A DNA stretch of 64,000 nucleotides from Thermoplasmatota archaeon (GTDB taxonomy: Archaea > Thermoplasmatota > E2 > JACPAO01 > JAHFTW01), in the NCBI GenBank assembly GCA_049602735.1, contig JBMYRW010000005.1, positions 20,604 to 84,603 on the forward strand. The letters run 5' to 3'. Positions 49,884-58,157 of this stretch are shown here, in pieces. The position numbers and the translations under genes are program-made. A model generated the notes under the pieces. That model worked only from the letters and a program-made list of their open reading frames with translations. It was not told the origin of the DNA and made no database searches. Numbering within the stretch: position 1 is the stretch's first letter; each line of letters starts with the position of its first letter.

Positions 49884-51335
49884 CTACCGACCCGTCGTGG
49901 ACGCCGTGTAGCTGGCCGTGCGCAGGGCGTGGAACCGTTCGTACCAGGCGTCCGCCTCGGTGGCGGTGGGCAGCGGGGTCTCGCCGGTGAGGACGGCCGT
50001 GGCCGCTTCCGCGGAGGCGTTGTTCAGTTCGCCGTAGCCTTGGAACTGGGCACGGACGTCCATGGGCACGCCACCGTCATCGGTGATGCCGCGGGCCGTC
50101 ACCGTGCAGGGGTTGGCGCCATCGGAGTCGTCGTCGGTGCCGTCCGGCAGGGCGGTGTGGTAGAGGACGTCCTTGAACTCCTGTAGGGTGAAGACACCGT
50201 CGGCCAGGGGGCCGTCGGTGATGCCGCGCAGGGCCGGGTCACCGGCGGCCAGGATGACGCTCGCGTCGCCGGGCGCCAGGGAGTCCCAGGCGTTCCAGCT
50301 GGCCACCGGCGCGTCGGCGTAGCGTGGGCCCACGTGGGTGTCACCCAGGAGGTAGCGGGCCTGCCAGAGGATCTCAGCACCGGTGCCGGCGCTGTACGGC
50401 GCGGCGCTGCTCGTGCCGCCGCCCGTGTCCGTCACCTCGTCCGCCGATTCGTCCTCAGCGGCCGGGTTGGCGCAGCCATCGGCGACCACGTAGGGCTGCC
50501 AGTTGTGCCAGATCGCCATGTCGCCGTTCTCGTTGGCACCGACGCTGATGGCGTCAGGGATGCCGCTGGGACCGCGCAGCCACGTCGGGAAGCCGGCCGT
50601 GCCGGTGTTGCCCACGCCGTTGCCGCTGGAGGCGAAGAACGGCTTCGCCTCGGCGAGCGCCTGGTACGCCTGCATCATGTTGGGCGACAGCGCGTTGGCG
50701 GCACCGGGGGCGAAGATGCCCAAGGAGGCACCGCTGCTGATGCTCACCATGTCGATCCACTCCTGTTCGGCCACCCATTGGACCGACTCCAGGGTGATGC
50801 CGACCACAACGACCACGCGGATCTTCTCGCCGCCGACGCTCACCGTGTTGCCCACGGCCCGGCTGGCGGTCATGGTGCCGTGGCCACCGCCAGGCAGAAG
50901 ACCAGCGCCGGTGCCGATGGAGGGGTCGCCGCTGCCGGTGATGCTGATGAGGCCGACGATCTTGCTGTTGTTGACCCGGTACAGGGTGTCCGGCTCGGTG
51001 GCCCCCCAGATGGCCGTGTCCTTGTTGTCGTGGTTGAAGCCGTCGCCCGGTGCCTCCCAGTCGGAGAGGTCCAGCACTTCGGCGCCAGGGTAGTTAGGGA
51101 TGTAAGAGGCGGGATCTCCGTGCTCGTAGTGCTCCGCGAACTCACTGTGGTAGGGGTTGACGCCGGAGTCGAGCACCGCGACGACCACGTTGGGCTGGAA
51201 GTCCGGGTGGGTCGGGTCACGGTGCGGGTGGAGCCCCCTGTCCGTGTCATCGGTGGTGGGGCTTCCGTCATCGCCGCCGAGGCAGCCAGCAAGGCCGGCC
51301 GCCACGAGGAGCGAGGCGAGTAGGAGGATTCGCAT
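49884..51335 (-). CDS. Subtilisin-like serine protease (S8), lipoprotein
   Basis: Lipobox LAGC. Catalytic triad contexts VVAVLDSGV (D), GHGTMTAS (H) and GGTSSAAPYSAG (S). Confidence 0.85.
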   Translation of the reverse strand: MRILLLASLLVAAGLAGCLGGDDGSPTTDDTDRGLHPHRDPTHPDFQPNVVVAVLDSGVNPYHSEFAEHYEHGDPASYIPNYPGAEVLDLSDWEAPGDGFNHDNKDTAIWGATEPDTLYRVNNSKIVGLISITGSGDPSIGTGAGLLPGGGHGTMTASRAVGNTVSVGGEKIRVVVVVGITLESVQWVAEQEWIDMVSISSGASLGIFAPGAANALSPNMMQAYQALAEAKPFFASSGNGVGNTGTAGFPTWLRGPSGIPDAISVGANENGDMAIWHNWQPYVVADGCANPAAEDESADEVTDTGGGTSSAAPYSAGTGAEILWQARYLLGDTHVGPRYADAPVASWNAWDSLAPGDASVILAAGDPALRGITDGPLADGVFTLQEFKDVLYHTALPDGTDDDSDGANPCTVTARGITDDGGVPMDVRAQFQGYGELNNASAEAATAVLTGETPLPTATEADAWYERFHALRTASYTASTTGR

Positions 51336-51368
51336 GGGCCGCGAGGCCAGCTCCGGCGCCTTAAGGGT

Positions 51369-51620
51369 TCACGCGGCCGTCTCGGGCCCCGCACCTTCGA
51401 GCGCCCGCAGGCAGACCATGACGTCGTCGAGGGTGCGCAAGAGGCCGGGCCAACTCGCCGCCTCCGCCTCCACATGGAGGGTGGTCCCTTCGACGCGGCA
51501 CACGGCATGCCCTTCGTTGTCCGGTGCCAGCGCAGCCGCGGCCGCCTGGGCCTCGTCAGGGCTCGGGAAGCTCAACCGAAGGGCCCCGAAGGCCTTCGTA
51601 GGGGGCGGGGCGTCGGTCAC
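51369..51620 (-). CDS. pcc1: KEOPS subunit Pcc1-like protein
   Basis: 83 aa. The layout LRLSFPSPDEAQAAAAALAPD......VEGTTLHVEAEA.SWPGLLRTLDDVMVCL resembles Pcc1/CTAG. The GTG start overlaps the upstream stop (GTGA). Confidence 0.6.
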   Translation of the reverse strand: MTDAPPPTKAFGALRLSFPSPDEAQAAAAALAPDNEGHAVCRVEGTTLHVEAEAASWPGLLRTLDDVMVCLRALEGAGPETAA

Positions 51621-53263
51621 TCGCGGTTCCCCTTGAAGCTCTCCGACCAGAGGATCATCACGAGCGTCCAGGCGATGACGATGACCGCCGCCATGAAGAG
51701 GAACTGCACCGAGCGCGTGGGGTCGGGGCCACTGTAGACCACGCCGAGGCCGACGACCAGGGCCGCCATCATCACCGTGAACGCCATCTTGAGCACGCCG
51801 CGCCCCTGCGCCTGCTTGATGCCCTCCAGCCCAGCCAGCTCGATGCGCGTCGAGAGTTCGTTGCGCTCCACCTTGCGCACCAGCGTGTTGAGAGCATGGG
51901 GGAACGTGCGGGCGAACTTCAGCAGCTCCCCGAACGTCTCCTCCACGAGCTCCTTCTGTTTCTTCGGGCTGCTGATGTTCTTCCAGATCAGCTGCGCCAC
52001 GAACGGCTCCAGGATGCTGACGATCTCGTAGTCGGGGTCGAGGTCGCGGCAGAAGCCGTCGAACTGGAAGAGCGCGCGGCTGATGAGCATGAAGTCCGGC
52101 GGCAGCAGCATCTTGTGCCGGGTCGCCAGGTCGAGGATCATCTCCATGATCCGCGGGTCGGCCACCGAGACCATCTCCCGTTCGAAGAAATCGAGGATCT
52201 TCTCCACGTCCGTCTGGAACCGCTTCGTGTCCAGTTCGCCGAACTGGTCACAGAGGTCGATGATCGCCTCGCTGGTCGACTCCACGTCCCCCTTGGCGAT
52301 GCCCGTGATGAGCTGCAGGATCGCCTTCGATCGCCGCTCCGTTACCATGCCGACGGCACCCCAGTCCAGGAAGACCACCTGGTTGGAGTGCATGATCATC
52401 ATGTTGCCTGGGCTCGGGTCGGCGTGGAAGAAGCGGTCCAGGAAGATCTGCTTCGCCATGGCGTGGGTGACGATCTTGGCCACGTTCTTGCGGTCCACGC
52501 CCTTCTCCTCCAGGCCGTCCACGGTGGCGAACTTGATGCCGTCGATGAACTCCATCACCATGATGCGGCGGGCGCAGAGTTCCTTGTACATGTGGGGGAT
52601 CTTCACCGTGTCATCGTGGCGGAAGCTGTGGGCCGCCCGGAGCGTGTTCTTGACCTCGAACCGGTAATCGAGCTCCCGGTCCATCATGAGCTTCAGCTCC
52701 TCCAGGTGCGCCGTGGGCTGCCAGATGCGGCTGGCGGAGAAGGTCTTCTCGATGAACTGGACGAGCCCCCGCAGGATCTCGAAGTCCATGATCATGGCGT
52801 CCTCGATGCCGACGTGCTGCACCTTCACGGCGACCTTGGTGCCGTCCTTCAGGTGGGCCACGTGGACCTGGCCGACGCTCGCCGATGCCAGTGCCTTCTC
52901 GCCGAAGGTGGCAAACAGCTCCTCGATCGGCTTGCCCAGCTGCTCCTGCACCACTTCGCGCACTTCGCTGTACGGGCTGGGCTCCGTGCCGTCGTAGAGC
53001 TTCTTGAACTCCTCCACGTACTCCGCCGGCACCAGGTCCGGGCGCGTCGCCATCAGCTGACCGAGCTTGATGAACGTGGGGCCGAGCTCTTCGAGGATCT
53101 GCCGCAGGCGTTCCGGCGCCGTGGCACCCTTGGTCGCGGCCGGGTCTTCGGCGGGTGCCAGCATCTCGCGCAGCAGTCCCCAGAAGTCGTTGCGCAGCAG
53201 GATGTTGACGATCTCGTTGAAACGAGCGGTCTTGGAGCGGCGCATGGAACGCTGCAACGCCAT
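51617..53263 (-). CDS. ABC1/UbiB-family atypical protein kinase with C-terminal TMs
   Basis: LGPTFIKLGQLMATRPDLVP, ASASVGQVHVAHL.DGTKVAVKVQ and FFHADPSPGNMMI. Confidence 0.88.
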   Translation of the reverse strand: MALQRSMRRSKTARFNEIVNILLRNDFWGLLREMLAPAEDPAATKGATAPERLRQILEELGPTFIKLGQLMATRPDLVPAEYVEEFKKLYDGTEPSPYSEVREVVQEQLGKPIEELFATFGEKALASASVGQVHVAHLKDGTKVAVKVQHVGIEDAMIMDFEILRGLVQFIEKTFSASRIWQPTAHLEELKLMMDRELDYRFEVKNTLRAAHSFRHDDTVKIPHMYKELCARRIMVMEFIDGIKFATVDGLEEKGVDRKNVAKIVTHAMAKQIFLDRFFHADPSPGNMMIMHSNQVVFLDWGAVGMVTERRSKAILQLITGIAKGDVESTSEAIIDLCDQFGELDTKRFQTDVEKILDFFEREMVSVADPRIMEMILDLATRHKMLLPPDFMLISRALFQFDGFCRDLDPDYEIVSILEPFVAQLIWKNISSPKKQKELVEETFGELLKFARTFPHALNTLVRKVERNELSTRIELAGLEGIKQAQGRGVLKMAFTVMMAALVVGLGVVYSGPDPTRSVQFLFMAAVIVIAWTLVMILWSESFKGNRE

Positions 53264-53314
53264 AACACCCCAGCCGTCGGGGCGGTCAAAAGGGGTCCGC
53301 TCGGACGCCGCAGC

Positions 53315-54094
53315 CTAGCCGATGTAGTGCATGTCGCCCTCGGGGCCACTGCCGCGGCCTGCCGCGCCGCCCGGTCCGGGGCCTTCTTGGAGCTGCCTGG
53401 CGACGTGGTCGATGTCGTCCGCCTTCGCCTCCAGGTCCTCCGTCTCGAACGTGGTGCCCAGGAGTTCGCCGAGCTTGCCCAGCACCGCGCGGGCGCTGCG
53501 GGGGTCCACGAGGTAGCCGCTGGTCTCACCCATGAGGCAGGCGCCGTGCAGGCCGTCCATCTGGCCGAGGCCCAGGAAGAGGCCGCTGGCGCCGATGATG
53601 CCGCCGCCCGGCTCCTCTTCCGGCTTGGCAATGCCCAGCTTCTCCAGACGGGCCATCATCTTGTCGTCCGTCGCGGCACCGAGCACGCCCGGCTCTTCGA
53701 CGGCGACGCCGAGGCCATAGCCGCCAAGCGTGTAGAGCTCCTTGCAGCCGAGGGCCGCAAGGCGTGCGAGCACTTGGGTGACCAGTTCGTACTGGCCGTG
53801 ACTGGAGAGGGGTTGGAAGTCGCCGGTGAGGAACGCCAGGTCCCGCTTGCCGGCGCCGCCCTTGGCGAACCAGAGCTGGCAGCGCACGAGGCGCACCGTG
53901 CCGTCCTCTTCGATGGTCACCTGGGGCGGGAAATCATGGCCGAACACGTCCGCCCACAACTTGGCGCCCAGCACGTCGACGAGGTGCTCCGTGGCGAGCT
54001 TGCCCACGTTGCCCACGCCGGGCAGGCCCTCGATGAAGACCAGGTCCTTCGCCTGCTTGGGGACGTGGTGTTCGACGAAGCGCAGGAGCTCCAT
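53315..54094 (-). CDS. PAC2-family proteasome assembly chaperone-like protein
   Basis: VFIEGLPGVGNVGKLATEHL and GIIGASGLFLGL. Its ATG at 54094 overlaps the Nop10 stop (TGATG). Confidence 0.8.
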   Translation of the reverse strand: MELLRFVEHHVPKQAKDLVFIEGLPGVGNVGKLATEHLVDVLGAKLWADVFGHDFPPQVTIEEDGTVRLVRCQLWFAKGGAGKRDLAFLTGDFQPLSSHGQYELVTQVLARLAALGCKELYTLGGYGLGVAVEEPGVLGAATDDKMMARLEKLGIAKPEEEPGGGIIGASGLFLGLGQMDGLHGACLMGETSGYLVDPRSARAVLGKLGELLGTTFETEDLEAKADDIDHVARQLQEGPGPGGAAGRGSGPEGDMHYIG

Positions 54095-54261
54095 CAGTGG
54101 TCCTCGCCGAACTTCAGCTTGCGGCGGTAGGAGCCGTAGGGGTCCTCGGGGCTGAACTTGGCCGGGGCCTTGGTGTGGGCGGGGCCGTGGCAGCGCGGGC
54201 ACGTCGCCTGCAGCGTGTACTCGTCGCAGACGTCACAGAACTGCATCACCGTCCGGCCCAT
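54094..54261 (-). CDS. nop10: H/ACA RNP protein Nop10
   Basis: CDVCDEYTLQATCPRCHGPAHTKAPAKFSPEDPYGSYRRKLK is a zinc ribbon plus the PxxFSPxDxY motif. Confidence 0.85.
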   Translation of the reverse strand: MGRTVMQFCDVCDEYTLQATCPRCHGPAHTKAPAKFSPEDPYGSYRRKLKFGEDH

Positions 54262-54289
54262 CGCTTTGCTCCCTGTTTCCCCGCCTCGC

Positions 54290-55090
54290 TCAGGCCGCCG
54301 CTTCCATCTCGCGGTGGAAGATCGCCTTGCCGCCGGCCTTGGTGAGGGCCTTGACGGCCCGGTCGGCCGCCTTGCGCAGCTCCTCTTCGGCGATCTTGTA
54401 GTCGGGCGCCTTGACGTTGACGCGGTAGTGGGGGGCGCCCATGTAGGCGACCTCGATCTCCACGTCGTCGTACTCGCCCTTCTCCGCTTCGCCGAGCGCC
54501 TTGGAGAGCACCGCAACACCGTCGGGGTCGCGGGTGGTCGCCTCCAGGAAGCCGTTGATCTCCACGAAGGTGGCGGCGATGTTCTCCTTGGCGAACTCGA
54601 TGAACGCCGGGATCCAGTCGCCTTCGATCTTCTCCTCGTCGAAGACCTCCTGGCCGTACTCCGCCGCCTCCTCGAAGGCCGTGTACAGACTGCCGAAGGT
54701 CGTGATGAGCTGGTTGCCGTACGCCTCCATGAGGGCCTCCACGGTGGTCTCGTTGCGCTCGGCGAGCAGCTCGAAGAACTTGTCCGCCTTCTGCTCGTTC
54801 TTCCACGCCTGGATCGTCTCCCGGCGCTGGTGGTCGTTGACCGCCTTGAGGGAGAGGTCGATGTGGCCCTTGGACTCGTTTACGCCGTGGACCTTGCACA
54901 CGACGCGCTGGCGCTCGCGCACGAAGTCACGGATGCGCTTGACCCAACCGGCGGCGACCTCACGGATGTGGCAGAAGCCCTCCTTGCCGGGGTACTCTTC
55001 GAGCACGATGAACGCGCCGAAGTTCTGCACCTCGCGGACGGTACCGACGACCAGTTCGCCCTCCTCTGGGAATTCGCGGGTCTTGGCCAT
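54290..55090 (-). CDS. eif2a: Translation initiation factor aIF2 alpha subunit
   Basis: S1 domain PEEGELVVGTVREVQNFGAFIVLEEYPGKEGFCHIREVA...IDLSLK. ATG at 55090. Confidence 0.9.
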   Translation of the reverse strand: MAKTREFPEEGELVVGTVREVQNFGAFIVLEEYPGKEGFCHIREVAAGWVKRIRDFVRERQRVVCKVHGVNESKGHIDLSLKAVNDHQRRETIQAWKNEQKADKFFELLAERNETTVEALMEAYGNQLITTFGSLYTAFEEAAEYGQEVFDEEKIEGDWIPAFIEFAKENIAATFVEINGFLEATTRDPDGVAVLSKALGEAEKGEYDDVEIEVAYMGAPHYRVNVKAPDYKIAEEELRKAADRAVKALTKAGGKAIFHREMEAAA

Positions 55091-55186
55091 GTGAACAGGG
55101 CGGCCACTCCGCTCCGCTATAAAGGCCAATGGACGAAGCGGCGCGCGGCGGCGCAGCGGCAGCGGCGCTGGCGGAATGGGACCAAC

Positions 55187-55214
55187 AGAAGGGGAGAGGG
55201 AAGGGAAAGGGGAA
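55187..55214 (-). terminator. Polypyrimidine tract (coding strand) after the rps27e stop
   Basis: The plus strand reads agaaggggagagggaagggaaaggggaa. Same type of tract as at 1242..1308, 3241..3273 and 33656..33714. Function inferred. Confidence 0.25.
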
Positions 55215-55224
55215 CCCGGATGGG

Positions 55225-55398
55225 TTACTCGAGCGTGGCGAGGACTTCCGCCTTGATGAGGGACTCACCGCCGCGGGGCTCGGCGAGGAGCGCACCGCAG
55301 ACGGCGCACTTCACCTGGCTGGCGGCGTGGTCGAAGATCACTTGCTCGTTGCTGCAGTCACCGCAGCGGACCTTGAGGAACTTGGCTCGTTGGTGCAT
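55225..55398 (-). CDS. rps27e: 30S ribosomal protein S27e
   Basis: FLKVRCGDCSNEQVIFDHAASQVKCAVCGALLAEPRGG (C4 zinc ribbon). ATG at 55398. Confidence 0.9.
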   Translation of the reverse strand: MHQRAKFLKVRCGDCSNEQVIFDHAASQVKCAVCGALLAEPRGGESLIKAEVLATLE

Positions 55399-55403
55399 CT
55401 TGA

Positions 55404-55688
55404 TCACTCCGTCAGCTCGAAGCGCTTGGCGCGCTTGCTGGCAGGCTGGTGGGCCTTGCCACAGTCGTTGCACGTGTAACGCAGGGCGATGCGCTTGGTG
55501 GGCTTCTCACGGCCGTCCGGCTTGGGACGGGGGAAACCACGGTAACCGGCGGTCACGCGACGGAAACGACGCTGACCCCAGGCGAGTTCGCTCGCCTTGC
55601 GCTTCTTGATGCGCTCCACATCGTGGAGCGTGTGCTTCTTGCAGTCCTTGTGGGGACAGTACCGCTTGATCTTACGCGGGCGCTTCAT
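55404..55688 (-). CDS. rpl44e: 50S ribosomal protein L44e
   Basis: [22 protein letters not shown]...[10 protein letters not shown]...[11 protein letters not shown]. Confidence 0.92.
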   Translation of the reverse strand: MKRPRKIKRYCPHKDCKKHTLHDVERIKKRKASELAWGQRRFRRVTAGYRGFPRPKPDGREKPTKRIALRYTCNDCGKAHQPASKRAKRFELTE

Positions 55689-55824
55689 GTGTTGACCTCA
55701 TGCCTCTGAGGTGCGCGGCATCCGATCTGACGACTCGGGGACGCGGTGAAACGTTGAGAGGCAAGCCGGCCGACTGGGAGGTTGTATATGAAGGTGGGGG
55801 CGGACCTTCGGTACTCACGGGGGG

Positions 55825-57279
55825 TCAGATTACATCCATTCCCCAGAGAGTTGCCAACAAGGAGCCGATGCCAACCAACGTGGCAACGAGGGCCAACCCG
55901 ACGGTTGCTTTCGTCAGCTGGCGGATGGATGCGTTGATGCGGTTACTCTGAACGTTTACGACCAGGTCCAACACTGCCCCGATGCGGCGGGCCAATCCTT
56001 CTAAGATTTGGGATGATTCTCGCTCGATGTCAACCTTGGTTTCCTTCAGATACGCGGTCGTGTAGTTCGTACCAAACAGGAGTGGCCAGGCATCCAGATC
56101 CTGGAATTCATGCTCGATGTAGTTACCCCAAGAGTCGATAGTCTCTGAGGTGGCCGGAGATCGAGCAGCCCCCTGGTGTAGTTCAACTTGGAGTCGAAGG
56201 ATTCCGGCCTGAAGGGTTCCAATTTCATGTTGGATCTCTAGTTCCTTGGCGGGGCCGGCTGGCTTCCCGTGCGCGAGGTTCAGGTCTATTGCTAAGCGAG
56301 AGAATGCTTCGTCGAGTCGACCGGCCTCAATCGCTACGTGTCGGGCATGTCGAATGGAGGCATGAAGAAAAGGATGGAAATTGAAATCATTCCATCCAGT
56401 TAGCCCCATTCCAGGAGGAATCCAGAAGGGCAAATTCATCAAGGTTTCTCCCGCATGCCCAAGATTTCCGTGGGAGAAGATGAACGCTCGGATGGGCCCA
56501 ACAGTTGTTCGGCGACCGGGGCCATCTATGAACCGGGACATTACGCCTTCAACATAGAGAACGTTGGGAAATGGGCTCTGGACAGTTGCCTGCGAAATCG
56601 AGCCCATTGGTAGCAAAAGGCCTTGCTCTAAGAGGCGAATCGTTTCATGAGCGGCATTTTCGGTAGAAGGAGGCGCCCGAATCTGGGCCAATCGCTCTGA
56701 AGAAATTTTTGCCATGAAAAGAGATTGAGCTTCGGCGGTCGGGAGGCGGTTGTCAGGCTTCAATCGACCAGGTAGTAAAGAAAAGAACGAGTCGCAAGCG
56801 TTAACAAAGCCAGGTGGAGGGGCTGAATCACAAATTCGAATGGTTGCTACCACAAAGGGAAGGAAATCCGCCCATTGAACAATGAGTTCGGCCTTGGCCT
56901 TCTGAAGAGCCTCTCGCTCGTCTTGATCGATATAGCGAAGCTTTCCAATGTCCTTCTCCAGCCAATTGACTCTCCATGCCCGACGGGAAATCCCGCCAAG
57001 CATGAATGGTCCTCCCCTTGGCAACTCGTTCTGGTTGGGATCGGTGGTAGCTTCTGTGATGCCTTCACCCAAGAGTGCTTCAATCGCTTTAATCAACTCG
57101 GAAATGGCACGCCTTTCATAGGCATCCATCGCTTGATGGATCGTTGCTAGCATCCCCTCCGAAGTCTCGTCATTTCCATCGATTGTCTCGGTTTCGACTG
57201 GGTTCTTTATGGCTCTCGTCACGCCCTGTCGAATTGATACAAGACTATTGAACCAATGCAATCGGGGCAAGCGCGCCAT
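55825..57279 (-). CDS. Large protein of unknown N-terminal fold with a CorA-like C-terminal stalk/TM1/GM(D) segment; ends 3 residues after the motif (possibly truncated)
   Basis: C-terminus VLDLVVNVQSNRINASIRQLTKATVGLALVATLVGIGSLLATLWGMDVI*, compared with the CorA pattern ..SNKxNExMKxLT..(TM1)..YGMNF. No TM2 in any downstream frame. ATG at 57279 chosen. Confidence 0.6.
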   Translation of the reverse strand: MARLPRLHWFNSLVSIRQGVTRAIKNPVETETIDGNDETSEGMLATIHQAMDAYERRAISELIKAIEALLGEGITEATTDPNQNELPRGGPFMLGGISRRAWRVNWLEKDIGKLRYIDQDEREALQKAKAELIVQWADFLPFVVATIRICDSAPPPGFVNACDSFFSLLPGRLKPDNRLPTAEAQSLFMAKISSERLAQIRAPPSTENAAHETIRLLEQGLLLPMGSISQATVQSPFPNVLYVEGVMSRFIDGPGRRTTVGPIRAFIFSHGNLGHAGETLMNLPFWIPPGMGLTGWNDFNFHPFLHASIRHARHVAIEAGRLDEAFSRLAIDLNLAHGKPAGPAKELEIQHEIGTLQAGILRLQVELHQGAARSPATSETIDSWGNYIEHEFQDLDAWPLLFGTNYTTAYLKETKVDIERESSQILEGLARRIGAVLDLVVNVQSNRINASIRQLTKATVGLALVATLVGIGSLLATLWGMDVI

Positions 57280-57483
57280 CTCCAGGTTACAGCTACCTTG
57301 TCGGCCTTCACGGGAAGGCTTTCGTGAATGGGCCCACACGTTGAATCAAGGTCGCTCCAGGGGGAAACGGGGCCTGTATTCCTTCGATGAATTTCAAAGA
57401 CTCAACTGTGAAGGAAGTGCGGCCTGTGGGACTAGCCTGCCCCTCATGGTCACCAGTCGGGGAGATGGCCGGATTGTGTTTCG

Positions 57484-57837
57484 CTAGCTCGTTCGATACC
57501 CGAACAGGGCGTCGTATTCGTGGTGGTCGCCGATCCATACGATCGTGACGACGATGGGGTCGAGTGGGGAGGCGGATGAGACTTCGTAGATGGCGCGGAA
57601 GCGGTGGGGTAGCTCAGGGATGAGGTACAGGGTATGGTGGTCCTGGAAGGCGGCGGGTCGGAGGCGTTTGGGGATCGGTTCGCCCATCTGGACATCGGCT
57701 GCCAGAGGGCCCGCGCGTGCCACGAGTCCCTCCCAGGCGGCTTCGGCCCGTTGCCGGTCCTTCTTGTGCCTTTTGAGGAAACGCTCCTTGAGTCCTTGGA
57801 GGACGCGGACCTCATCCGCTTGGGGCCAGGGGCTCAT
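57484..57837 (-). CDS. RelE/ParE-superfamily toxin-like protein
   Basis: YLIPELPHRFRAIYEV....IVVTIVWIGDHHEYDALFG resembles the RelE/StbE C-terminal signature. 4-nt overlap with the upstream small gene. Confidence 0.6.
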   Translation of the reverse strand: MSPWPQADEVRVLQGLKERFLKRHKKDRQRAEAAWEGLVARAGPLAADVQMGEPIPKRLRPAAFQDHHTLYLIPELPHRFRAIYEVSSASPLDPIVVTIVWIGDHHEYDALFGYRTS

Positions 57838-58118
57838 GCGAGGGCTTCGGTGGCCTGGTCGGCCAGTGCTGGGCTGCGCGCAAGGAGGTCGACGCCTTTG
57901 CTGCCCACCATGGCGCGGCCTTGGCGCACCAGTTCATTGACGCAGGCGCGGATGACGGCGGGGCGGACGCTCTTGGCGCGCATGCGTCGGCCGATCTCCG
58001 CGAAGGAGAGGGGGCCTTCCCAGTCGGCGAGGTTCTGGACGAGGATCGCTTCTACTTCGAGGAGCGTGGAGAGGCGCGGATTGGCATCTGGCGGTGGTCG
58101 GGGCGTTTCCAGCTGCAC
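57834..58118 (-). CDS. Putative antitoxin / winged-helix protein (94 aa)
   Basis: PLSFAEIGRRMRAKSVRPAVIRACVNELVRQGRAMV is wHTH-like. The stop overlaps the toxin start. GTG start about 27 nt from a TATA-like box. Confidence 0.5.
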   Translation of the reverse strand: MQLETPRPPPDANPRLSTLLEVEAILVQNLADWEGPLSFAEIGRRMRAKSVRPAVIRACVNELVRQGRAMVGSKGVDLLARSPALADQATEALA

Positions 58119-58140
58119 GATGACGTATGTGTCACGGGAT

Positions 58141-58149
58141 GTATATGTA
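58141..58149 (-). promoter_or_regulatory. TATA-like box (minus strand TACATATAC) upstream of the antitoxin GTG 58118
   Basis: The only AT-rich element in the 39-nt spacer after the exporter stop. Confidence 0.35.
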
Positions 58150-58157
58150 GATTCGTC

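Larger units (their letters stand above)
55820..58150. other. Accessory island (low GC 55.8-57.5 kb, plus a toxin-antitoxin pair) between the L44e operon and an RND exporter gene
   Basis: Hand counts: lines 56041 and 56401 are about 53% GC and line 56701 about 48%, versus 60-78% elsewhere. No integrase or transposase seen. Confidence 0.6.

Noticed and set aside
51896-54130. 744-aa plus-strand ORF
   Set aside because: Antisense to the UbiB-family kinase and the PAC2 gene.
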